Shown here: positions 39,236-51,090 of the stretch, piece by piece
Numbering within the stretch: position 1 is the stretch's first letter
How the letters are laid out: each line of letters begins with the position of its first letter
From: Lama guanicoe
Lineage: Eukaryota
Direction: 5' to 3'
DNA length: 64,000 nt
NCBI GenBank assembly: GCA_013239625.1
Contig: MU053934.1
Location: 341,241-405,240, forward strand
Notes under the pieces: generated by a model
The model's database searches: none
Told to the model about the DNA's origin: nothing
Seen by the model: only the letters and a program-made list of their open reading frames with translations
Program-made: the position numbers and the translations under genes

Positions 39236-40489
39236 AGAATTATGTTCACATTATTCCTACTGTTATCATGTATTATGGAATAATGATGCTTAACACAGTG
39301 CCTCCATATTCACTGTCCTTACTGGATTCTGACAGCAGTGATGGGATGCACGACTGTGGGTAATAGATACGGACGCGGTAGGGAAGTAAGGGACCTGGCA
39401 GGGCAGAGCCAGCGGCAGAAGTCAGAGCAAAGGGCAGGACTCTGGAGGGGACATCTTTTAGAACACCTCAGAGTGTATTATCTTTAGTTCTTATTTTGTA
39501 AGCCGCGGAGGCTTCCATTCAAATGGACACAAATCCAGCATGTAAAAGTCATGGATATTTGGACTCCCATGGGCACGAGGGAGTCAGAGCTCTGATCTTC
39601 CCCCAACCCCCCTCCTTTCCTCCAAGACCCTATGGAAGCCTTGGGGTGCCCAGGAGCAGGTTACAGGCCACAGAGACTGACCTTTCAACCCCAAACTGCC
39701 TGTGGATTCATCACAGACATACACTCAAAAGGATTTTAACCCTGTATTGCTGTGGCTGCAAAGGGGAATGAGGGATTTTCCAGAACCTGCAGCTTTTCAG
39801 GCACTGCCAGGCCCTTACATGACTCATCTCATTCAACCCAGTATCTGTCAACATTGTCCTCGGGGGCTGGTCCTATCCCACCCATCTGACAGCTGATGAA
39901 GCCAAGGCTCAGAACCCAAATCAGATAGTTCTTCAGTGGCAAGACAGGATATGAAGTTGGGGTTTCTCCAACTACTTGGTGTTTTCTTTAAAGGCTGGGG
40001 GCTCCAGGCTTGCATGGGGCGCGAGAACAAGACCGCTCTAAGAAAGGAGGATGAGCGTTCTCCTCCTCCTCTCCGTTGCCTCTCACCACGGTGTTGGCGC
40101 TAAGACCCTGGGAGACACGGTGGCTTGCTTTCACCTTAATTAGCGCAGCAATTTGCTAAATTTTGTTTTTCCCTTTTTAAAAGCATTAATCAATTTTAGC
40201 TCAGAATAGATTGGAATGGCACACAAATTACCAAGACAATCCCCAAAGGCTAAATTCTGAACATCTCGATCAACCTCGGAGCCTGAGATATGGGAAAATC
40301 AGAAACTGCGGTCGGCATCTCTGTGATCTATTTAAAACGTTATGGCTCTGAAATGAAAAGATAATGGCTCGAGAAGGCTGGGAACAAGCAATTTGCTAGA
40401 ATCAGCCTCATGCCTAGGTGTTTAGTCCTCCCCAAGGTGATTGGGGATAGAGCATCCATGTATTTCTGCAGAGTTACAGGTTCCACTAA

Positions 40490-41010
40490 TAAGAGCAATT
40501 TGTTAAATCCATGAGCGTTACAGGTACCAACACATGTGCCAGAAATAGGGAAAAGAATAAGATGCACCGCAGGCCTGTCCTCCAATAAGAGGGTTCTAAA
40601 CTAAAGCAGCAGACAGACAAGTGAATAGAAAACATAGTCCTCTTTCCTGGAGAAGTCACAGAAAGTTCTCAGAGGAGGTGGCCAGGCAGCTGAATCCTGA
40701 AGGATGAGTGGGGGTTGTGATAAGGTAGGTGGAAGGGTGTGTCGGGTAGAAGGAACAGCATAAGCAAAGGCTCAAACACAGGAGGCAGAACAGAGAGCCC
40801 AGAGGTGGTTTCTTAGAGCTAAGTAACAGGTGAATTTGCAGGAATGACCAGAGATGACACGGGAAGAAGAATCATGAGCCAGAACACGCAGGACTTCTGA
40901 ATCAAACTGTGGAACTCAATCTAGATGCAGGCAACGTGGCACCACGGGAGGATTTTAAGCAAGGGGATGATGTGGTCAAATGAGTATCGTTTGGTTGAAA
41001 CCTTCTGGCC
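40490..41010 (-). mobile_element. LINE L2 fragment
   Basis: agctgaatcctgaaggatgagtggg...agaaggaacagcataagcaaaggc...ggattttaagcaaggggatgatgtggtc. Confidence 0.65.
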
Positions 41011-41039
41011 CAATTAACCCTTCAGATTTACTCAGCAGA

Positions 41040-41240
41040 GTCTTTAAAGCACATTCACACATACTCTCTCGTTTGAGCCTCTGAATTACTCTGTGAGCTT
41101 GGTACTGTCAGCACATTCCTACTGCTGAAAAACAGACGCAGCAAAAGCATAGCTTATTTATTTTGTGTCTTATGACCAGTTAATGACAATATACGAATTC
41201 AAACCCAGGTCCGTCAGACTCCTGAGTTCAGTACTGACCT
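41040..41240 (-). mobile_element. MIR fragment
   Basis: ttaaagcacattcacacata...cgtttgagcct...gaattcaaacccaggtcc. Confidence 0.55.
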
Positions 41241-41531
41241 CACTTGGTAACAAAATTCTCGAGATTAAAGTCACCATGGGCCTCCTTTAGATACGTGCCA
41301 GGCCAGGGGCCACTTCTGCAGGTGGCCAGGACTACAGAGACCGACGCACATTCTGTGCTAAAGAAGAGGCCACTTTAATGCTTCAGACAGTAAAATCGGA
41401 TTCCAGGGGTAAACACCCTAGTTAAACACTGGGCCCTTCCAGGTGGGAGCTGAGGTTTCTGTCTGAACCACAAACAAGAAGAGCATCTGGCTTGACGAGA
41501 CCGAGGCGGCGCCTCGCCCTCCCTCCAGTAC

Positions 41532-41655
41532 CTTGAGCTCGTCCGCGTTGTAGAAGTCTACACGCACGGCGGGCACCATCCAGGTCCGGAAGAGCGTGGC
41601 CAGGATCTGCTCCGCGATGGAGTCGGCGATGAGGTGGAAGTGCAGGGGGTTCCGC
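41532..41655 (-). CDS. LARGE1: LARGE1 internal coding exon (124 bp, phase 2 to 0): (R)[41 protein letters not shown]
   Basis: Minus strand ...CTCCTCTCACTCCCGCAG|G CGG AAC... acceptor and ...GAG CTC AAG|GTACTG donor. Phase matches both neighbouring exons. Confidence 0.97.
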
Positions 41656-44600
41656 CTGCGGGAGTGAGAGGAGGAGTCAGGAGGGAGAATCGACACCTTT
41701 GAATTCCGGCCACAGAAACACGCTCTTACCGACCTGTAACAACGCGGCCAGTTTCCAACAGCGATCGCGAAGGTAAACGAGGCATGTTACCAAACCAGTG
41801 TGTACTGGTGAGCGTGTCAGAGCTGACAAGGAGAGAAGACGTCTCATCCAAAGTCAGGATTTCAGGGACGGGACGACCGAGGACCACAGAAGGGAAAATC
41901 ATGGCTGACACCCGAGGCAAGCCAACCGTCCCACCAGTTATTAGAGCATCTGTGTTTCCAAAAATCCTAAGTAGAGCATAGGTGACAATTTGGCCGATGC
42001 TTTATCTTTACCAGCTGGACGTGCGGGCATTGGTCCAGAAGGGTCAGGTCTCTAGACTGGCTGGATGGAGCTGGCAAGGTCCCCCTCCCACAGCACAGCA
42101 CTGAATCCTGTCCTCCCCAGAGAAAACCAGGCACCCACGATGGCACCATCAGGGGCTCCCCCCACTCAGTATCATCTCGCCCTCGCTTCTATTTCTAAAG
42201 CCTTTATTCATTCTACCTCAGTCAACCTGCGGCTATACCGAGGCAGCTCCCAAAATACAAGCCAGCATGACACAAGGGCAACGCTTCTGATTCAAACAGA
42301 CGTGGGTTCAAAGCCTAGTTCTGGCATCTCCTAGCGGGGACTTCGAGCATGTCACTTACACCTCCACACGGTGCTGCCTCATCCTGCAAAATGTTTTGAG
42401 AAGCCTCCTCTCTGGGCTACTGGGTCAATGAGATGAGAAGTACAACACACGATGCATGCCAATAACAAACAGGTGGGACAATGACAGACAGCAGACATGC
42501 CTTCCTGAGGGACCGCCAGGCACAGAGCAAGAGTTCAATCCAGAAGAACCATCATCATAAATACCACTGTGCTAGCAGAAGTAACAGCATAAATTGTAAC
42601 ACCACAAAGGAGCACTGCTGCAAAATCGAAAGATGAGAATGACCTTGGCCCCCCACCCTCAAGGGGCTCATGCTATTTAGAGAGACGGTTAAACAGAAAC
42701 ACAAGGAAATGTAAACAGGAGGTGGAACGTGGTGACAAGGTTCTAGGCGAGGAAAGAAAAAGAAGGGCTGAGCGGGACTGGCTCAGAAGGATGTGTAAGA
42801 GCTGGGGGAAGCAGCGCCCTACAGGATAAACGGCTCTGACAGGCGGCAGAGGAAGAGGAGACGCAATCCGAGGAGAGGAGTGAGGCTGTGGCTGGAGTCC
42901 AGGGTGCGCTGAGAGTGTGGTGATTGAGGACGGGGTCAGCAGGGACTCGGGGGTTAGAGCGGAGCAATGAACGCCCATCGGGGCAGTCTGGACTTCATCA
43001 GCTCAGCAGGGGGATGACTATCACCAGCCCTGCAGTGCTCAGCCCCGTGTACAGCGCACAGTCGCTCCCCAGCCCTGCGTTAAGTTCCAACCATGCAGAC
43101 GTCTCTCAGTGCCGCCTGGCCCCGTGCTCTCTCTCCACCTGGGCCTTTACCTACATGGTTTACTCTGCAGGAAACCCTCCTGCATTTGCTCATTCTATAA
43201 ATACCCGTTAAACACCTACTACTTGCAGGTGATGAACAGGATGCTGGGGACATGGTGGTAAGACACGCCATCCCTGCTCTCAGGCATCTCACGGTCTTGT
43301 CTCTTCCTTCCTCCTCCTCCTCCTCCCCTCTCCTTCACACTCTCCATTCCCCATTTGGTTCTCCCTCACCAGCCTTTACCTTTGAGGTCTGCCATCATTT
43401 GCTCCTAGAATTCCTCCCTGACTACCCACGACCAGCTCAGGGGCCCTTCCTAATGGACAGCATCTCAGGACCATGTACCATCCCTAGGCTGTGACCGCCT
43501 GTTCTCTTGTCTACAGCCCGCTTGACTGTGAGGTCAGGGAGGTGAAGGATCATGCCAGTTACGCTCAAATGGGAGCCCCATGGTCTAGCTCAGTGCCTGG
43601 AAGGCACTAGGAGTTTGACAAATGTACTGCATAGTTGGATGGGTGATGGAGAGTGGGCAGATCAGGAGACGAGGGGTGGACACTTCATTTAGCAGACTAA
43701 AGGAAAGTGAAATGAGAATCTGATTTAGGCAGTGTCTGTGGAAGAGCAACAAAGATGTTGAATCCAGAGGGATTTCAAGAGAAGAGATCTCGGGTACGGG
43801 GGCAAATGGAGAGGAAGAAGATGACAACACTGGGGTTCTAGAGTTGGTGGTGATGTCTCCAGGATGGGGTGCACAAGAAGAAAGGCACACTGGAGGAAGA
43901 CGAGGTTCTGGGATTGGGTAGACCAAGTTTAAGGTGATGGTGACAAAGGCAGGTGGAGCTGGGTAGATGAGTCTGGACTTAAAAGAAGTTACTCTCCAAG
44001 GCCAACCTGCCAAACACATAACAGGTGCTCAAGGGTGATAAGGGAGACTGAATAATTGGCCCAAAGCAGCGATCAGCACTGCAGAATTTCTCCATGGCAC
44101 CCACCGCCTGAACACTGCACATCCTCCCACTAAAGCATCTATGCCCAGAAGGAAGGGGTATGTGTGCCCTATAGCTTCCCTGTAAGAAGTGGCCAGGAGT
44201 CCTAAGTGATGACTGATGGCGTGAGAGAGTGACGGCGTGTTTGCTTATAGACTTCCCTGAACGCTAAGCCAGTGGTAGGAAGTCACAGTCCTTGGGAAGA
44301 CAGATTGTCCCTTCAGCCCTCAGCGTGGGCACAGCCATCGCCCCGTCCCAGGAGCCGCAGTGGAGCCTTACGTATCAAGAATGGATGAAGGTAAATCTGT
44401 GTAGCTGTCAACTGACATTTTTATCCACACAATTTTAGACATGGGGTAACAACACCAAACAGACCAAGCTACTCATATTTGCTCCAATGCATCATGTTTG
44501 CCACCTGTCTGTATCTTTGCTTGGGCTGTTCCGTCTCCCTGGACTATCACTCCCTATACTTGGAGGTCCCATGAGTTCCTGTTCAGCCTTCCAAATTCCC

Positions 44601-44929
44601 TTTGTAAGTCCTCTCCTCCTGAAAGCCTTCTGTGAGCCCAGTCTCACCCTTCCTTTTCCTGCTAACTCGGCACCTCAAATGAAAGGCAAATCTTCCACCT
44701 ACAGCAAGGCACCAGGATACAAACCCCGGCACCGGGCGCCTTCTCTCCACCGACGCCTCCGAGGACGGGAACCATCTTTTCATCTCCATCCCCAGGGTCC
44801 AGCAGAGAGGTGAGCAAGTACTGGGGGCTCAAGAAACACTCAGACAACAGGAAGAGACAGCCCACGCCCCTCCTTCCCTGTCTCTGTTAACATTACCAGA
44901 AGAAGCAGGAGTCACCGACAGTACACTTG

Positions 44930-45179
44930 CGTCCATGGTTCAAGGTTGGGGCTCTGCTCTAGAATGTCTGGGTCGGAACCCTGCTGCATTCACCACTGAG
45001 TGACCATAAGCACGTGACTTCATCTCTCTAGGCCTCAATTTCCTCATTTCAAATCAGGAACGATCATGGTGAGTGAGCAACATTATGATGGGTCATCGTG
45101 CGGCTCGAGCCATGTGATATACACAAGGTGCTTAGCAAGATGCCTGGCATGCAGTAAGATTTTAATGTCTGTTAACTAC
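44930..45179 (+). mobile_element. MIR SINE
   Basis: gtgacttcatctctctaggcctcaatttcctcatt...aaggtgcttagcaagatgcctggcatgcagtaag. Confidence 0.75.
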
Positions 45180-45589
45180 TGGTATGGTCTGAATGTTTGT
45201 TGCTACCCAGTCCAAACTCACATGCTGAATCCTAACGTCCATCATGGTGCCGGGAGGTCGGGCATTTGGGAGATGATTGGGTCCCAGGGGCAGAGTTTTA
45301 CCTACAGGGGTTAGTGCCCATGTGTGTGTGTGTGTGTGTGTGCACGTGCGTGTGTGTGAGAGAGAGACACAGACAGAGACAGAGAGAGACACCTCACTTT
45401 TTCAGCCACGTGAGGACACAGAAGTCTGCAGTCTGCAACCAGGAAGCTGGCACCCACCAGAAACAGACCATGCTGGGGTCATGATCTCGGACTTCCCAGT
45501 CACTAGAACTGAGAGAAGCAATACATTTTTGTTGTTCACGTGCCACCCAGTCTATGTTGTTACATGTAGCTGCCAAATGGACTAGGACA
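45180..45589 (+). mobile_element. MaLR solo LTR, MLT1A-like, with an internal microsatellite expansion
   Basis: tggtatggtctgaatgtttg...tgggagatgattgggtc...gccacgtgaggacacag...ccatgctggg...gatctcggacttcccagt...gccacccagtctatg...ggactaggaca. Confidence 0.8.
45319..45390. repeat. Compound (TG)n-(GA)n microsatellite
   Basis: 40 bp of strictly alternating purine/pyrimidine (45319-45358) followed by GA/GACA repeats. Confidence 0.9.
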
Positions 45590-47857
45590 ACTCTTATCAA
45601 CATGAGCCTATGAATCTGTTCTTTTCTCTACTGCATTTGCATCACTTTTCAAATGAAGTATCTTCCATCAGTTCCTCTACCCACAGACCACAAGTGAGTT
45701 GCATGAGTAAACACCCAACAAAGAGCTATCAAACAGCAAGGGAGGCTGAACAGGGATTTAGGCGATGGATGAGCTCAGAGTCCTCTCTCCAGACAGTGCT
45801 CAATCTGGCGGAGATGGAGAGACAGAAGACAAACACCCACATAAACATTAGAACACGGGTGTGCCACAGCACCACGCTGCATGCACAGCTGCCAAGTCTG
45901 GGAATGGCACAGCTCCCAGGAAGCCATCTGAAGACACGACATGGATGGTTGGTGAAGGCATCCCTAGAGTTGGACAGTGAACAACTTGCACAACTGTACA
46001 GGACGGCTCCACAGGGAGGAACACACAAGCTACAGGAGTATGAGGGTGGGAGAGATCACTTCTCGCTAGTGGAGAAGCTAGGACGTTTCCATGGACGACG
46101 TGGCAAGTAAACTGGCCCTTTGGATGGGAAATGATGGAGGAGGGAGGAAGGCGTTCAGCACGATGTCACAGAACAAGGAAAGGAACAGAGGTGGGAAAGT
46201 CCACAGTGTGTCTGTGAAAGAACAAGTCTTATTTGAGTGGCTCACACAAACCAGTGTTTATTGAACACTTAGTCTATGCCAGGAATGGGGAGGATGAAAA
46301 GAAAAAGAGGTAGTCTTAATGACAGACTGGGCCAGAGTGTGTGAATTCCTAAACACTGAGTTTCTTTCTCGGAGAGAGAGGATATCCGGATAAGGTCGGG
46401 GGGCTTGGCAGGCAGCAGATCAAAGCTGTAACTCAGGAGCTTAATCTGGTTACAGAGCAGAAGATGGACCAGCGTGGGTGAGAGGAACAGACTCTCAGAG
46501 GAGGATGCTGCAGGCACTGGTACAAGGCTTTCCCCCTCTTCCATGCTCTCCGTCTGGTCTATTTAAAGTATTTCTCCAGAAGGGAGAGTCAATTTAGAAA
46601 GACAAGGAGCTCATCTTTCAGGGCTAAACTAGGTGTTTGCATGGCTAAGGAGGGCAATGAGCCTCAGCAGGTTCCCTCAGACAACTAGGAAAATGCTTAA
46701 TCAGAGGACACTCGGGCCCCAGCCCAGGGGACCACCGGGACCCTGACCGGTTGCTGACCCCATCTCAGCAGTCAAATGCAGGCTGCCCAGCAGCGGCTCA
46801 TGTCGCATCGTGGGGAGGAAGAATGCCTGGGGCGGCTCTGCCAGCGCGCCACCTGGGGTACCATCACGAGAACGTGGGTCCCGTCAACGGCACCTCCTGT
46901 GGTCACGGAGAAAGAACCTGAAGACATGGCCCAGGCCACTTTTCACTGCGCCTCAGTGTGGGCCAGAAGGTCTCCCGCGAGCTTTCACTGTGACTCCAAT
47001 GCCAAGCAGGTGGTCCCACCTTCATATGCCCCCGTGGGCCCCCTGGAATCAAGGCGGCCCCAATTCCAACCCTCTAACTCATCAGCAGGACCTCCAACGA
47101 TCTCACCCTGCTCTCTCCAAGCTCACGTCTCCCCACTCCCTCCTGCACTCCAGCCATGGACCTCCCCAGACCGGCACGTGACCGCCTCCTCTCCTTCCTT
47201 CAGGAATAAACTGAAGGGTCATCTCTTCAAGGAGGCCCTCCATGGTCACTCCATCCAAAACGCCCCTCTCCCTCCCCCACCACCCCCTGCCCCACTGCCC
47301 TGCTTGGTTTCTTCCTATCACTCACTAGAAGTAGAAATCTCCATATCCTCCATCCTCCACTAGCACGTGAGCGGTCCAGGGCAGAGGTTCTTTGGTTTCA
47401 CAAAGTACCTACTCTCTTGTTTACTCCCTCTACAACCCCAGTGCTTAGGAAGTGCCTGGCCGTGACTCAGTCCCAGGGCTTAGCTGTGTTCTTCTGCAGG
47501 CTGTGTTCCCGCTGTCAACTCTTCCACAACCGCCCACACGCTGCCTCCCTTACTGCTTCTAGCCTTCTGTTCTCAATTTAGACACCATGGCTCCGAGGAA
47601 GCCATTCCACGGAGTCAGACGCCCTCAGCGCCTCCCACTGAATTCAGGGCTCAAAACTTAGATTTTTTGCAACTGTTCTCTGCTAGATGGAGTCCTGGCA
47701 CAGGGAGCTACATTTTGTTAACAATCTTTTCCCCAGATTTTTAACAGTTCTTTGTAAATATAACCATCTAGTAATTGTTTATTGAAAGAAGGAATAAATG
47801 GACAAATGGATAATTACCAAAGAGATCCAAATTCCCTCACAGCGGACACAATTACCT

Positions 47858-49025
47858 AGAAGTTGGCTATAGAGGCCCTTAGAAGAAGATGTGAGAGTAA
47901 ATTTTTTAATATTGCATTAGATGATAGTTTCTTAGGTATGACATCTAAAGCCCAAAGAACAAAAGAAAAAACAGATAAACTGCTCTTCATCAAAATTAAA
48001 AATTTTTGTGCTTCAAAACACACCATCAAGAAAGTGAAAAAGACAGCCTCCGAATGGGAGAAAATATGTGCAAAGCACATGTCTGATAAAGAGACTGGTA
48101 GCCATAATATATAAAGATCTTTCACAACTCAATACAAAGACGATTAAACAGGTTAAAAACTGAGCAAAGAATCTGAACAGTCACTTTTCCAAAAAAATAT
48201 ACAAATGTCAGTGACCGTAGGAAAAGATACTCAATATCACTAGTCACCAGGGAAACGCAAATCAGAACTCTGAGACACCACGGCACACCCACTAAAATGG
48301 CTTAAAAAAAAAGACAATAATAAGTGTTGGTAAGGATGTGGAGATACTGGAACACTTGTTTGTTACTTGTGCAATTGTTAAAATGACTGTAGCTGCTTTG
48401 GAAAACAGTTTGGCAGTTTCTCAAAAGATTAAGCATAAAGTTACCACTGCTGAGTTACTCTGCAATTCCACACTAAGTTATATACAGAAAGAAAAGAAAA
48501 GAAAAGAAAAAAGAAAAGAAAAGAAAAGAAAAGAAAGAAAAGAAAAGATACATTCACACAAAAGCTTGTACGCAAACTTTAATAGTAGCGTCATTCATAA
48601 TAATCAAGTGGAAATCACCCAAATGGCTACCAATTGATGAATAAACGAAATGTAATATCTTCATGCAATGGATGTTATTAGGCAACGAAAAGGAATGAAG
48701 TACTGACTCATGGATGAACCTTGAAAACGTTATGCTACCTAGAAGAGGCCAGGCACAAAAGAACAAATAGCACACGACTCCACTGATGTGACACGTCCAG
48801 GTTAGACAGACCCACAGAGGCAGAAATGTTAGCGGTTGCCAGGGGATGGAGGGATGGGAAATGGGGAGTGACTGCTAATGGGTGGAGGGATTTCTTCATG
48901 AGATGCTGAAAACGGTCTAATATTAGATATTAGTGAGAGTTGAAACAACTCTGAATACAAGAAAAATCACTTAACTGTACACTTTTTAAGAGTGAATTTC
49001 CTGGTGTGTGAATTACATCCCAATA
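47858..49025 (+). mobile_element. L1MB/L1ME-type LINE-1, 3' ~1.2 kb (end of ORF2 plus 3' UTR)
   Basis: ORF2 C-terminal remnants (FLGMTSKAQRTKEKTDKLLFIKIKNFCASKHTIKKVK..EWEKICA); 3' UTR catggatgaaccttgaaaacgttatgcta...ggggagtgactgctaatggg...actgtacactttt. Confidence 0.88.
48486..48547. repeat. (GAAAA)n pentanucleotide microsatellite inside the L1
   Basis: agaaagaaaagaaaagaaaagaaaaaagaaaagaaaag... read directly. Confidence 0.92.
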
Positions 49026-50234
49026 CTTACTAACTGGCCCGAGACGGGAGTGACGGTCTGACCTCTGAGTCTGGGAGGGGGAATGGGCCCTGGTCTGCTC
49101 AGCTGTGCTGGGGCTTCTTTCCTTAGGGAGCTGTGCTGTACAGCAAATAAAGTGCCCAGGTAGGCAAGGCCTGCAACTGGCCTCAGGCTGTAAGGTAAAC
49201 CCAATTCATCAGGACAAAAAAGAGCCTGACTGCACCCACACTTGAAAGAATATCCCACAATTCCAGACAAACCGCAACAATGATGGTGTTTCATTCTCCA
49301 CATCAGCCAAAGGCCAGGAGCCTCTACCCTACTCTGTCGTCCAGACGGAGATTGGCAAGTTAGACGGATGTTAGGAACGTATTTACACCAAAGTGAGCTG
49401 CGCCCACTGAAGACAGTAAGAACTCATTTAGAAGGACCACAAAAGGAATCATTTTCTCAATTCAATGTTATTTACTTTTATTCTGCCCAACATCTAAAAC
49501 AGTCTTTGATTCCAGTCACCACTGCTCCCAGATGTATTTTGGGAGCACTGCTTTAAGCCCATGAGAAGAGGCTTCTCCCGAACAGGCCAGCTCGAGGACG
49601 CGTCTTCCTGGAAGATGGGTCCCATGTAGCTTGCTTGGGTTCGAGCAATGCATACGTTAGATCTGTTCTATATTCAGACCAGATCACACTTTTATAACAA
49701 AGAAGGAAGCCAGACTTTGCTTATAATGAGCAATGCTCCTGCTGCCTCCGGTTTCCCTAACTGCTCCCCTGTTCCAGGTTGGGATGCAATAAATATGGTA
49801 ATACAAAGAGGCAAAGATGATTAAACCCTTAGCTCTCTCCTTGCTTTCCCTTTCTTATTTTGTCAGAAAAGTGCCACAGCCACCCTAGAAGGCAATCCAA
49901 GGTCTGCTTCTGTTAAGCTACGCAGGGGCATCTGAGCTGAAATAATCCTTAATTATTAAGTTTACAATGGAATTGCAATTTGAGAAAAAGAAAGTGCCTG
50001 TGACAGCAACTCGAATGCTCAGTGAATCTGTTACACTTAAGAGATTTAATGGAACTCATTCCAGAAAAACCCAGCAGCCCGAATGAGGGCTTTTCGGTTT
50101 GAGTTCTTGGCTGGAGGGAGGACAAGTGGCCTTGACAATGTGGGAAGATTTGAGGACAGGTTGGTGTCCTGTCAGAAGAGCTCTCCAAGGAGAGGAACTG
50201 AGCAAATCAAAGGCCTCGCGGTGTGGTAGGTGCA

Positions 50235-50420
50235 GCAGGGGTTCCAGGGTCTGCCAGAATCACGGCTGGAACCCCAGGAGCATCACTCACTCACCTGTGA
50301 CCTTGAACAAGCCGTTTACCCTCCCCGAGCCTCAGTTTCCTCATTTGCAGGGATACTGGCATCTACTGTACGGAGTTGAGATGAAGGCCAGATACAATGA
50401 CCCAGCCTTGGCACCTGAGT
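50235..50420 (+). mobile_element. MIR SINE
   Basis: ctgtgaccttgaacaagccgtttaccctccccgagcctcagtttcctcatttgca. Confidence 0.7.
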
Positions 50421-50514
50421 TATACGAATTCGTTCTCTTTGGGTTTAGATACACATGTGTGGCCATGCAGCATAGATCTTTTATCTCTTCAAGGTATTAC
50501 ATGTCCTTGCTGTT

Positions 50515-50695
50515 ATTTCTCCCTAAACTTATTGAGATACAATTGACAAATAGAAACTGTATATATATTTAAGGTATGTATTAAATATTTTGAAAACATT
50601 TACAGTGATATTTTTATATATGTATACATTGTGGAATCATCACTGGACTCAAGCTAATTAACACATCCATCGCCTCACATAGTCACTGTTTTCTC
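50515..50695 (-). mobile_element. L1MA-type 3' end fragment
   Basis: ttattgagatacaattgacaaatagaaactgtatatatatttaaggta...caagctaattaacacatccatcgcctcacatagt. Confidence 0.8.
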
Positions 50696-50879
50696 TTCTT
50701 TCCCCCACACCATTTTCTTAAGTCTTACTAGAACACTATATCGTCCAGACCTTTAAAACTATGATTCACACTCAACACAAAAGAAGATGGTCACTGGGAT
50801 CACAGGAGTGACACCAATGTCTACATGGTCACCCAAAATGATGATTAAAATTAAGAACATGACACTCAAAGTGGCAACT

Positions 50880-51090
50880 TTTTCAGAGCTCAGACTTTGC
50901 AGTCAGGCTGACTGTGTCCAAAGCCAGCTCTGCCCAGCCTCCCTGTGACCCTGAGCCATGACTTCACAGACTGATCGTCAGTTTCACCATCTGTAAAATG
51001 GGGATAATGGTAGTGCCCGCATGGAGCTAGATGAACATTCAGTGCATTCGTATCTGAGGACCTCTTAGAACAGAGCCTGATGCAGCGTGA
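50880..51090 (+). mobile_element. MIR SINE
   Basis: cagactttgcagtcagg...tcagtttcaccatctgtaaaatggggataatggtagt. Confidence 0.7.
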
